Below, one piece after another: positions 14,390 through 25,770 of a stretch of DNA of 64,000 bases. Position 1 is the stretch's first letter. Each line of letters opens with the position of its first letter. The translations under genes were made by a program, and so were the position numbers. This stretch comes from Octopus sinensis (lineage: Eukaryota): the NCBI RefSeq assembly GCF_006345805.1, contig NC_042998.1, positions 116,994,001-117,058,000 on the forward strand, given 5' to 3'. The notes under the pieces are model-generated. The model searched no databases. It was not told the origin of the DNA and saw nothing but the letters and a program-made list of their open reading frames with translations.

Positions 14390-14992
14390 AAGCTGCAAAA
14401 CTATTTAAATCTGAGCCATTTCACGCAACCCACGGAAAAAATGGGTCTCAGCTCAAGGCCAGCGGCAAACGAAATTAATGCTGTGGAATACCCAAGAACT
14501 GTCAACTGTGGAACAACACTTGTTTGGACGTTTAAACTTCATAGGAAAACCAAGATCAGTGACACCTTTTGCGTTGAAAGATGAGGCCTTTCGTGAAATG
14601 TTTAAACAGCAGCCAAGCACGAGACCTACGTTGATAGCACAAAACATCATCGATACTCAACTTCATAAGTTTGGCCTTGTGTGAACAGATAGTGTCGAAA
14701 AACTAATCACCAATTGACCATACCACGTTGAACGACGTCTGGACATTTGCAAACAAGTACTAGCAAATCATCGAGAAGCCCGTTTAATGTTATCAAAGGC
14801 AGTTTGAAGAGAAAGTCCTAATGAGTGGTTGGTGGAATTTAGAGGGGTCGTTGCACTTTGAACTTCTCTCAAATTATTATAATGTGAACGCTATCCTTTA
14901 TTCTCAACAACTACAGCGAGTACATTATCGAAGTCCTGCACTCCTACAACATAACAATACTGCAGCACACACCGTCAAGTGCAAAATTGAGA
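14390..14992 (+). pseudogene. Decayed mariner-type transposase
   Basis: Interrupted translation QQPSTRPTLIAQN..QLHKFGLV..RLDICKQVL..GWWNLEGSLHFELLSNYYNVNAILYSQQLQRV..SPALLQHNNTAAHT. This matches the mariner motifs WWD.EG..HFELL, LY.QQL.R and QHDNARPH. Confidence 0.8.
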
Positions 14993-15770
14993 AACGGGTA
15001 TTGTTTAAGTCTTCAGGTTCTGCATTTACCCACTTTCTATTTGAAGATATTTATACTTGCTCAGTTTTTGGTAGGTCTTGACAGATAGATTTATATCATT
15101 TAGGATAATCATGTCAATGAGGAGGCAGGATTTTTGTGTCTTTCAATATTATTTGCATCTGTCTTTTTATTTGCATCTTTCTTTCTATCAGTTTTAATGG
15201 TAAAGTTCCAGAGGAGTGAGATGTGATCCTTTTGAAGCACTGGAGGTGGTTTGTATTCCCACCAGTTTTCATCATGGGGAAGGTCCAGGTTTTTGCAAAT
15301 TACCCAGTTAATATATTGTGCTGCTCTCTCATGCTTGTGAGATAATCTGTAGGCGCGCAAGTAGACTGCACATGGAGACAACATGATCAATGCTTTCATT
15401 TTGCGGTAGACATACACGACATGTTGGGCAGCTGCCGTTCTTTAATATGTCGGCCTAGTAGTTTCTTGCAGGTATGCATTGATCTTGGACTGCCATGATA
15501 AACACTTCTGTTTCTGATTTTAAACCGAAAGCCGTCAACATCGGCATTATTATCTCTCTTTAGCTATTTTCCATTGAGTGGTTTTTCTTGCCATTTCTCA
15601 GTAAGAATATCTAAGGCAGCAGTTTTAGTACGGGTTTTCATATGCTTAGCTTTTCCTGTGCTTGTTTCTAGTCCGTCGAATCCTGTATTTGTATTTGGAA
15701 TTCACTCACATATTCCTTTACTTGTTTTGTTGTTGAGTATGATGCTTTCTTGTTTTCATATTTTAAGCTT
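14993..15770 (-). mobile_element. R4/Dong-type (restriction-like endonuclease) non-LTR retrotransposon fragment
   Basis: Minus-strand translation across frames: LKSETEVFIMAVQDQ..CPTCRMC..NESIDHVVSMCSLL..HERAAQYINWVICKNLDLPHDENWWEYKPPPV..LLWNFTIKTDRK..LIDM..SVKTYQKLSKYK. This is a CCHC zinc knuckle followed by the REL domain. Confidence 0.85.
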
Positions 15771-15815
15771 TGTTGTTGCTGTTGTTGTTGTTATTTTTAT
15801 TATTATCATCAATAC

Positions 15816-15880
<65 letters not shown>

Positions 15881-15882
<2 letters not shown>

Positions 15883-16420
15883 GCCTTTGCAGAGCTTCTA
15901 ACGCTGGAGATACACTACCGTGTCAGCTGTTCATTACTAGTGAACTAATTTAAAACCTCTTATTTTTCGAGAACCTTCGGGAGTATTCGACCGGTTACAA
16001 GCAGTGCTGTTTTATATAAGTGTTCCACCCTTATTGCAGCCCCTATTTGTTCCACGTACTTCTCGAGATTTTTGCTCAGCACCATTTTCATCTACCGGGC
16101 TGCACAAGTAGTAACACTGCATGACCACAGCATTAATTTGCTTGCTCCATCTACGCATTGTGTAGTGGTCCGTTTCTGGATATCGACAGGCTGGAGCCGG
16201 ACCAGAATATCTGAGCCTACCGGGTGTAACACGGTCACCATCATTGGCTTCAGTTTCATTACCACCGTTATTCATGATATTTTGTTTTTCCATTGTCACT
16301 CACATGAGGTAGCAACTATCAGGTTACGCAATTACCAGTGATTTTATTGTGACACCATGACAAGATGTATCATTAATCAGCTCATGAGGAGGAAAAGTAG
16401 GCTCTACCCGTTTCCTTTCA
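15881..16420 (-). mobile_element. Internally deleted R4/Dong-type element (5' end fused to 3' end) with (AAT)n tail
   Basis: N-terminus RRWSKQINAVVMQCYYLCSPVDENG (16299 to about 16080) joins directly to the C-terminus SKNLEKYVEQIGAAIRVEHLYKTALLVTGRILPKVLEK* (about 16078-15959). An approximately 80-bp 3'UTR and the (AAT)n tail at 15810-15880 follow. Confidence 0.8.
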
Positions 16421-16463
16421 ATATTATTATCATCACTGATAGCATTGATATAACTGTTTTATA

Positions 16464-16581
<118 letters not shown>

Positions 16582-16582
16582 T

Positions 16583-17086
16583 AGATAGCGGCGCATGCAA
16601 TCAAAGTGAAACTGGGTTAAAATATACGAAGCGCAGCATACCCATCATGATTACCCGTCTGAAAAGGTCACATGCATCACAACCATATTTGCGCGATATG
16701 GTGATCTATCATCCAGATAAACAACGTAAATGATCCTTGATTGGTTCGTTCAAAAGGTCGTTGTATAAGAGTTGTTTAAGGATGTTGAAGGAAATACCAA
16801 TGTTTTCAGAGGTGAATTATTCAAACTTCAAGGAATACCTCTCAACACACGACTATGATGCTCCACCCTACTTCTGTTCGTGATCACAGATGCACATATC
16901 ATCAGCCTTCTAATTACATGCTCAACTTGTTATGGTCAAACAACTGACAAGTAAATCTGTGGCATTGAGCAGAATGTATGCTGTAGCCCATCTTTTATAC
17001 TAAAACCTAACAATGTACATGATAACATTTACCATCGGTTAAGCTAAGAAGCCATGAGAGCAACTGCCTGATACTGCATCAAGGTA
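16583..17086 (-). mobile_element. About 500-bp non-coding interspersed element embedded in (AAT)n, copy 1
   Basis: Colinear with 38047-38565 and bounded by (ATT)n runs on both sides. Confidence 0.8.
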
Positions 17087-17101
17087 TATATTATTATTAT
17101 G

Positions 17102-17202
<101 letters not shown>

Positions 17203-17218
17203 TATTATTATTATTATA

Positions 17219-17254
<36 letters not shown>

Positions 17255-18064
17255 GTTATTATTATTATTATTATCATCCAGTTTAAAAATATTAAAGTTC
17301 AAAATTACCATTCGATAATTAAACAATTCCTCCACTTTTCAAATAGAAGAATTCTGCTATATGCCTTACATTATCCCTCCCAGATCGCTAGGTTTACTAT
17401 ACTCTCTTTGAAATTTGTCCGAAGCATTATATGATCAGTATCCAATCTATATAAAGAAATGAAACTACCATCTACTTCATTCACCTTCTTTTACTTATGT
17501 CGTATGCTGCACTTCTAAACTAGTCTTGCAAATATTCATATAATCTATCTATCTAGCTAACTAAGTACCTACCTACCTACCTGCATACTACATATGTACA
17601 TACATACATACATAATACATACATACATACATACATACATACATACATACATACATACGTACATACATACCTTTCTATTGCCCGGATCTAATCACAATCA
17701 AGCATATAGTCTTCGAAATGTTAAAATCAGTAAGTGTCGGCCACATATCTAGCGATAAATTACGCCGGGACAGTATACATTATGATTAAAATAATTAAAG
17801 ATCCAGTCTCAATTGAAAGGATAAATTACTTGACAGCGCATTAGTTATATGCTTTTGGTATAGCGTGACTAAATACTTTGCAGTAGTTTCAGGGTGTTTA
17901 CGGGTGAGTCCCCTATATACATGTGTACTTCTGGTGAAGTTGACAGTACCTAATCAATCATAAGCAGTCACCTACGAAATATATGAAGGGAAACAGCTGG
18001 CGGCAACAATTATTTCTTTTTTATTACTGTTCCATAGAGCAAGTAAGGGACTTGATTAAAAGTA

Positions 18065-18542
18065 CAGGTTGTCCCAGAACTATTTATTTCAGCGAAATCA
18101 AACATTTTCTTTAAAACTCATTTTTATTTAAGTTCCTTTTTGAGAGTGCTAAAAGTCTGTAACTTTAAAATTTTGTTCATAATTTTACAATATTAATAAA
18201 TTTAGTTATAATTTTGTTTTCATTCGTGTTCGATCCAGCTTATGTTTTTAATTTGGCTGCAATCAATTTCTCTACCTTCATTCCAAGAATGAAGCAAGAG
18301 TTTAACTGAACTTAAAGAACACTTTCAGATAGCAGTGCAGAAGATAGATCCTGAAATGCTTCAAAATGTGTTTTATATATTTAAAATTTGCAAGGAGACT
18401 GACGGAGCGCATGTTGAAAATTTTCAATAAAGTTTAGTTGTAAGATTTATTAATCAATTTGCTTTGGTATGATACTTAAATAATAAACAAATTTTTTTGT
18501 CCTATTCCATTGAAATAAATATTTAATTTCTGGGACACCCGG
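18065..18542 (+). mobile_element. Non-autonomous Tc1/mariner-superfamily element with TIRs and TA target duplication
   Basis: Ends are TA|CAGGTTGTCCCAGAA and TTCTGGGACACCCGG|TA. Internal C-terminal transposase remnant LTELKEHFQIAVQKIDPEMLQNVF..ICKETDGAHVEN*. Confidence 0.8.
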
Positions 18543-18709
18543 TATTTCTGCGCACTGTCCACGTGCCAAATTTGCCTTACTTGCAATTTATGGATTCCAA
18601 GCTAGAGTACAATTGAATTAATAAAATATGCTGTGTGTGCTATCAAACCAGGCAAATTTGCCTGCAAATTAAAGTTCTTTACTCGGCCACTGAGTCACTT
18701 AACTGGTTT

Positions 18710-18880
18710 CAAAGTTTCGCACAAGGCCAGACATTTCAGTTTGGAATTCCGTCGATTGCATCTACCAAAATGATCAACTGGTACTTCTTTTATCAACCGT
18801 GGAAGGATGAAAAGTGAAGTCGATACCGGAGAAATTTGAACTCAGTTCGTATGGACGGACGAAATGCCGCTCTCAGCCAC
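18710..18880 (-). mobile_element. Diverged SINE family C copy
   Basis: Family C blocks AACTGGTACTTCTTTTATCAACC..GGATGAAAAGTGAAGTCGA..ATTTGAACTCAG (plus-strand reading). Confidence 0.65.
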
Positions 18881-19639
18881 ATATGTGCACATATGTGTGT
18901 ATATATAAACATTTATATAAGTGCATGGGTCGGGCGTGTGTGTGTGTGTTGATTTTCTTTGTGTATGTGTGTGTGTATCTTAAGCAAACAACACGCAGTA
19001 ATTATTTTCAGCGTTTAATGATGAATTTTTTTAAAGGAAGTTAACCCGGGTACAATATAAACTAAAGTAAAATCATATACAATAAAAGGCGTCTGTATCT
19101 AATTACTAAAACACGTCTATTCCAAATCTTTATTCTTTTTACAATGGAACATCTTATTTTTCTTCCTACAAATATTGATTTAGTGCCAAAATACACAGTT
19201 AATAATTTATGATTGAAAACGGCAGACAAATCAACAAGGTAAACTTCTTTCAAACTAATATTTAACGTCAATATTTCGTTTTGAAGATATTTCAAATGAC
19301 TAAATAATTTCTGTATGAAATAAAGAGATTTCAATAATCGGAATTCACCTGTACTCAAGACACGCGAAATAATTTAGTACCTTTGTTTTGGTTTGGGTTT
19401 TTGTAATTTGTTAACTTTTCTGTGGACGGAGATATTTGGGTTCCTTCCAGATACATTATTGGCAAACACATGGAAAATTAGCATTTCTTTGATCACTACA
19501 TTCGTAATATCGGAAGAATGTATACATATATGCATACATATATACATACATGTATGCATACATAAATACATAGTGATACATACAAATACGCAAACACACA
19601 CATATATATATAAATTATATATCAATATATATGTATAAA

Positions 19640-19698
<59 letters not shown>

Positions 19699-19700
19699 AG

Positions 19701-19735
<35 letters not shown>

Positions 19736-19761
19736 AAGATATATATATATATATATATATA

Positions 19762-19804
<43 letters not shown>

Positions 19805-21162
19805 ATATAATATATATATATATAAAAGATATATATATACATAAGAATGAGTGTGTGTTCTGGAGAATGTTAATACGGGTTGCTCAATGTGTGAATAACA
19901 TCAAACATCTTTCATGTTGTTCGTCAAAGTATGGCTTGCGCTAGCAATCATTGTACAGTGGAACCACAAAACCCAAATACATTTTACTGCTATTGAATTC
20001 TCTGTTATTATTTTTATGCATTAATTTTACATACCATATTATTGCACTTCCTGAAGTTGTCGAGAAACCTATCTGCAATAGCACCTTCAAATGCTCAACT
20101 AAAACTGCCGGCAGATCTTCTGCAGTCTTCTGTATGATAATTTGATAACATCTTATAATTCTTGTCATATCACTAAGTTTCTATAACAAAAAGTATACTG
20201 TTTCGACTGAGCCTTCAAAATATTCCATTTCCAATAATACATTAAACTATGTGAAATGTTTGAGTATCATACGTCGCACTTCAGTTCAGATCATAAATGC
20301 AGATATATATGGACTGAATTTGCTGCATAATGTTTAATATTTAATTGTCAAACCTTCAAACAGTAATCGGTTTATTCAGCATTACAGTTTTATCACATTG
20401 TTGCACTCCACGTACTATGACTGATATTTTGCAACTTCCAATTTCCTCGCCTTACTCTCCCTCTCCCTCCCCACAACTTGACAATGTCCACACCATCGAA
20501 CTCTGCTTCATTTTGCCAAACTAAGTCGCTAATTTGTAGAACTTTCCTGAGTGCCTCGGCAATTTCCAGCAATACGTGAAAATATTACGGAACCGATATT
20601 CTTACTTTTTACAAAAAGGTTTAACTACCTAGTCATTTTAACACAGCGTATAGTTTTGGTCTATTGTGAAGTATTTGGATGGAACTACCTACTGCCTCTT
20701 CTACGTACTTCTTTTGGTGCTGTTGTTTCCATCAACATAAATATCTTCAGACCGGACATAAATGACACAAATCTTAAATGCATGGTCTGAAAAGTTGATG
20801 AGTATTTTTCATCCATACAGTAATTTTACAACCACATTTATGAGACTGCATGATTTAACTGATAATAAAAATGCGTGTTTGTATGTGTGTGGCTTTGGCG
20901 TGGGTGTGTGAAGCGACAAAATTATATATATATCTTTTAAGTCAGTATCATCTCTTTCTTTTTTTTTTGTAATTTTCAAGTACCTGATATGATAATGCTG
21001 CGTGCAGAATTAAGAACTATAATTTTGAAGGTGATAGTGTGAGATTTAGAAGATATTTGATTGCTATTTCTAACTGGTCGCTCGGCTATGTAAATCAGAA
21101 CTTCACTAAAACTGACCTGAATTTTGCTCAGAAACAAAATCTACAAATTTGCTTTAGATTTA

Positions 21163-21565
21163 GGCGCAGGAGTGGCTTACCAACCACATGGTTCTGGGTT
21201 CAGTCCCACTACGTGGCATCTTGGGCAAGTGTCTTCTGCTATAGCCTCGGGCCGACCAAAGCCTTGTGAGTGGATTTGGTAGACGGAAACAGAAAGAAGC
21301 CTGTCGTATATATGTATATATTTATGTTTGTATGTGTGTGTATATGTTTGTGTGTCTGTGTTTGTCCCTCTAGCATTGCTTGACAACCGGTGCTGGTGTG
21401 TTTACGTCCCCGTCAATTAGCGGTTCGGCAAAAGAGACCGATAGAATAAGTACTGGGCTTACAAAAGAATAAGTCCCGGGGTCGATTTGCTCGACTAAAG
21501 GCGGTGCTCCAGCATGGCCGCAGCCAAATGACTGAAACAACTAAAAGAGTAAAAAAGAGTAAAGA
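21163..21565 (+). mobile_element. SINE family A copy with a deletion through the A-box
   Basis: Matches 11937-12335 except for loss of about 19 bp between GGAGTGGCT and TACCAACCAC. Confidence 0.93.
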
Positions 21566-22910
21566 GTATACATGCTACAAAATTCTTTATGAACAACTAT
21601 ACTCTAAATATATTCATCACTGCAATTCCACACCTGTAAAATATGTCAACACATGTAGTAACTTGTGTCATTGTATTTTTTATATTTATCATTATCTTTC
21701 AGTTTTAATTTCTTTCTTGCTATTTAACAGAGTGATCGAATGTCACGTACAATATGCTATCACCACAAGCTCTTTATTTGTTACAGTAAAGAAAAAATGC
21801 AATTCAGGTTGTTTTTGGCAATTGATTTGTTTGTATATTTATTTGGTTATTTCTTATAAATAACGAATTCTGTTTCAAATTATCCCCCTAAAGTAGATTG
21901 TTCCTAGTTTTTAGCATGCATTTTTTTTTTCAAAAATAAATAATTTCTAAATGTTTATTTTCCTTTATTTCCTCCATCAATCCAAATTATATTCGTTTAA
22001 CAAATTTCTAAACACATAAGATGAAAGTGAAAGTGCTTCCAGTGAAATGTATAATTGTTTACAAAAGATTAGTTCTTTATTTTGCATTGTGCCATTTTTT
22101 CTATCATTGTATTAAGTTTCTATCTTCCTTTACGCTCGTCTTTCGCTCACAACACATATTAGGCTGCCATGTTAGTTGTAGTAATGCATTTTATGGAACT
22201 TTAACTAACTACACCGCAGCAGAAACATCTTTCGCAGATAATCTAAACGCTCACCACGCACGTGCGCGCGCATATATGAACACATTCAGGCCCCACTCTC
22301 AATAACAAATGCAATTATATTTTCATAGGAGCATACCTCTATATACATATGTCACAGTAACACTCATTTTTCACTTCTTTCCTCTGCTTTTGACTGCTTT
22401 CATTAAAGAACATTTCCTGCTTTTCTCTCTCTCTCTCTCGCTCTCTCTCTCTTTCTCCATCTCTCACCCTCTCGATATCTCTCTCTCCTCACTCTGTCTC
22501 TCTCACTTCTGTCTGTCTGTCTCTCTGTCTCTCTCTCTCTCTCTGTCTTTCTCTACATTTTTTTCTTTTTTATATGGTGAAAAACTAGCGTCCGAAATGT
22601 GACAATTCTGCATTATATCTTTTGCGTTAATATCTTATTTGTTCAACTCTCGCCCTCTAGTATAACCCTGTCTACTGATCACTGTACAAACAATTCTCAT
22701 TGGTAACAAGAAAGCTTCTAAAAGATATATGTTTTTGAATGGTTGCGTGAATACATATCTAGGTCAATCAGTTTCACAAAAGATATGGGTTCCAGTCCCA
22801 CATACAGTCTTCGATTTTTCAATCCCAAAAGGTTTTTAACCCAATATTCACCTGGTATTTTTTATTGCTTTATCTATTTTGAGTTCTATAGTAAATGAAT
22901 TATATGCATG

Positions 22911-22971
<61 letters not shown>

Positions 22972-23014
22972 TGTGTGTGTGCGTTTATATGTGTGTGTAT
23001 GTGTATGTTTGTAT

Positions 23015-23054
<40 letters not shown>

Positions 23055-23094
23055 CATATATCTATATCGTTTAATGTTATCGTTGACGATGAAA

Positions 23095-23720
23095 CACATG
23101 CCCCTACATCAACAATATTACCACCATTACGGGGCCCAGGAAGGAATATCACATAACACACCCCTTCTGTTGTACTTCAGCGAATCTCATGTATTGCATC
23201 ATATGCAGACTCTGCGATTCGCTTTACAATGGAGAAGCAATGCCTCGGGGATCGCTTTCGCGAACAGATCAGAAGCATATTGCTACGCTTGCCTGGTCAA
23301 ACTAGCGCCACTGAATCATTCTATTGCAGATTTATCATTATGTAGCCAAGCATAGCACCATGGACACCACATCTCTAGGAAACGAAAGAAGCAACGTCTC
23401 ATATTTGATCTTGGGACTATGTCCCAGACAGGTATGAATGATCGTTTTCCCTTTCATCTTTCACCTCCTCTTAATTTTCCGATAACTTCCGTTTCACGTT
23501 AGCAGCCCGTCTTACCCTGAGTCTATTGTTAGTTGCAACCAGCTTCTCAGCCTGAGAGGATGTAAACTCTCTTTGTCTTTCTTCCACTTATCTTTTTTCT
23601 CTAACCCCTGATGAAGGCAGAACCCCAAACGTTGGATATTCGACTCCCCACGGAACGTTCATTGTACCCCTTTCATTTTTTCTATGTTTTTTCAAGTCTT
23701 GCCGACGCAGAGCTACACAG
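23095..23720 (+). mobile_element. Penelope-like element: GIY-YIG endonuclease remnant plus 3' repeat region
   Basis: Translation ITGPRKEYHITHPFCCTSANLMYCIICRLCDSLYNGE..LGDRFREQIR..RKRKKQRLIFDLGTMSQTGMNDRF is a typical PLE endonuclease C-terminus. A hammerhead-like core follows at 23608. Confidence 0.85.
23604..23636 (+). ncRNA. Degenerate minimal hammerhead ribozyme motif downstream of the PLE endonuclease
   Basis: CTGATGA AGG CAGAA CCC CAAACGTTGG. The CUGAUGA box is intact but GAAA is changed to CAAA. Confidence 0.45.
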
Positions 23721-23732
23721 GATCATTGCCTA

Positions 23733-23777
<45 letters not shown>

Positions 23778-24137
23778 TTATATATGTAATGATGAGTTTA
23801 TTTTCCTGATGATCTAAACGAATAGGTACGTTGCGTAAGTGCTATAATTGGTCATCCGTTGGGTTCCAAGCTCACAGCTGAGTCGGGAGCTAGCCATCTG
23901 TAATAGGCCTCCGAGTCAGTAAGTATATATTAAAGGAGAACTAAACCAAGCCAGGACGAGCATGTCTCGTCATTTAGAATATTTAATTACTGAAAGGTGA
24001 ATCAGAAACAGAAAAATAGAAGTAATTGCTTCTACTCCTCATTTTTGATTCACATTACTCTAATTAGATATTCTAAAGGACCTGAGATGCTCCTCCTGCC
24101 TTGGTTAAATTTTCCTTTTCTTTATATGTTTTTAAAA

Positions 24138-24862
24138 TCTAGTTTAGCTCACGAGCTGTGGCCATGCTGGGGCACCGTCATTTGGTGTTGCTACATAATT
24201 TTACTTCACGAATGCTTTTTAGCAACTGCCATTTGGTGCATGAGAGAGTTCGATGCAGCTGCCCTCATCTGCACCTCCTGCCGTGAAGTTGGTTCATCTG
24301 GGACATCTGTCAGGAAGAAATCCAGTTTTATTTTAAAGACATCTGAATCCACCCGCCAGGTCTCTCAGCTTCTTCGGGAGGATATTGAAGAGATGTGGGC
24401 CTCTGAAGCCCAGGCTATCACAGTATCTTGTTCTACATCTTCATGGCAAATTTGGAGTCCTTGGCACTACGCAGTGGCGCCCAGTTCTAGCATTTGTGTA
24501 ACTGTCGATGCCAAAGTTTGGGACAAGTTCTTCTAGGATCTTCCAGATGTATATTATGGCATATCTTTCTCGCCTACGCTCTAAGGAATAGAGTCTTAAT
24601 CTCTTGAGTCTTTCCCAGTAGCTTATATGCTGCACAGAGGCTATCTTCTTCGTGTAGCTTCGTTGGATCGCCTCAAGTTCTATGATTAACTTGACACTTG
24701 ATGGTGACCATAGCTGAGAGCAATAGTCAAAGTGGCTTAGGATAAGTGTCCTCCAGAGGACCATCATGGTTTCCTGGTCTCTTGTTCTAAAGGTTCTAAG
24801 AATCCATCCGGTCAGCCGCCTACATTTCATTGCCAATTTAGCAACATGCACATGAAAGGTTG
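24138..24862 (-). mobile_element. 5'-truncated CR1/L2-type LINE 3' end (RT C-terminus plus 3'UTR)
   Basis: LILSHFDYCSQLWSPSSVKLIIELEAIQRSYTKKI..SYWERLKRLRLYSLERRRERYAIIYIWKIL..DSLGFRGPHLFNILP. The 3'UTR ends ACGGTGCCCCAGCATGGCCACAGCTCGTGAGCTAAACTAG. Confidence 0.92.
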
Positions 24863-25261
24863 CATCATATATATACATATATACATATATATAGACATAC
24901 ATATTACGTAATTCATCACAAGTATATTCTTATTTGGACTGCTTTCAAATCACAAGAAAACATTATAATTACAGACTGGATGAACTACCAATATTTTCAT
25001 GAACATTTTCAACACAGAATATAATGAAATTTCAGTATCTTTCCACATATTTAAATATACTCCAAGTTCTACAATGATGCTCTCGGTTCCTCTAGATATA
25101 TGAAGGTTTTCTAATGTTCTACAGTTGGTAACTAAAGGTTGGACTCTCGCCTTAATAGCATTCTGACAGCATCTTGAGCAGATAATTGAAAAATGTATTC
25201 TATTTTAGATTTATATATTTAAATATGTATGAACATATGAATATTTTATCTTCTATATTTT

Positions 25262-25770
25262 AGTTTTCTTTTTCAGTCGTCGGACTGCTATCATGCCGGG
25301 AGTCCAACTTAAAGTTTTTGATCCGATAAGTTGACCGACTTATATTTTAATGCCACACACGTACTCTATTGATTTTTTCCCCGAACCGTTAATTTGCAGA
25401 AGCGCAAACAAACCAACAGTGGCTGTCAGGCGTTGAGGTGGGGAACATGCAGATACAAAGACACGCAAATATACATGCAAGCATTTATGTAACTGTGTGT
25501 ATGTGTATCTACGTATATATGTATGTAAGCATGTATGTATGGATGGATGTATGGATGGATAAATGGGTGGAAGGATGGATGGATGGATGGATTGGTGGAT
25601 GGATAAATTGATGGACATACGACAAGATTCTTTTCGATTCTTTGAATCAAATCAATTTCCAACATTTTGGTCGCCCCGAGGTTATCGGAGAAGACCTTTT
25701 CCCAAACTACCACGCAGTGGAAGTGAACGCGGAACCGTGTGGCTGAGAAGCTGATGTCTTTCGCAGAGAC
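25262..25770 (-). mobile_element. Diverged SINE family A copy
   Basis: Degraded tail TTTCAGTCGTCGGACTGCTATCATGCCGG, internal (GGAT)n, and head remnant CCACGCAGTGGAAGTGAACGCGGAACC. Confidence 0.6.

Noticed and set aside
16300-16420. Possible HDV-like ribozyme at the R4 element 5' end (GGGTAG/CTACCT pairing with a G-U first pair)
   Set aside because: P2, P3, L3 and the catalytic J4/2 could not be assigned by eye.
23997-24536. 179-aa +strand ORF
   Set aside because: It is the antisense shadow of the minus-strand CR1-type LINE.
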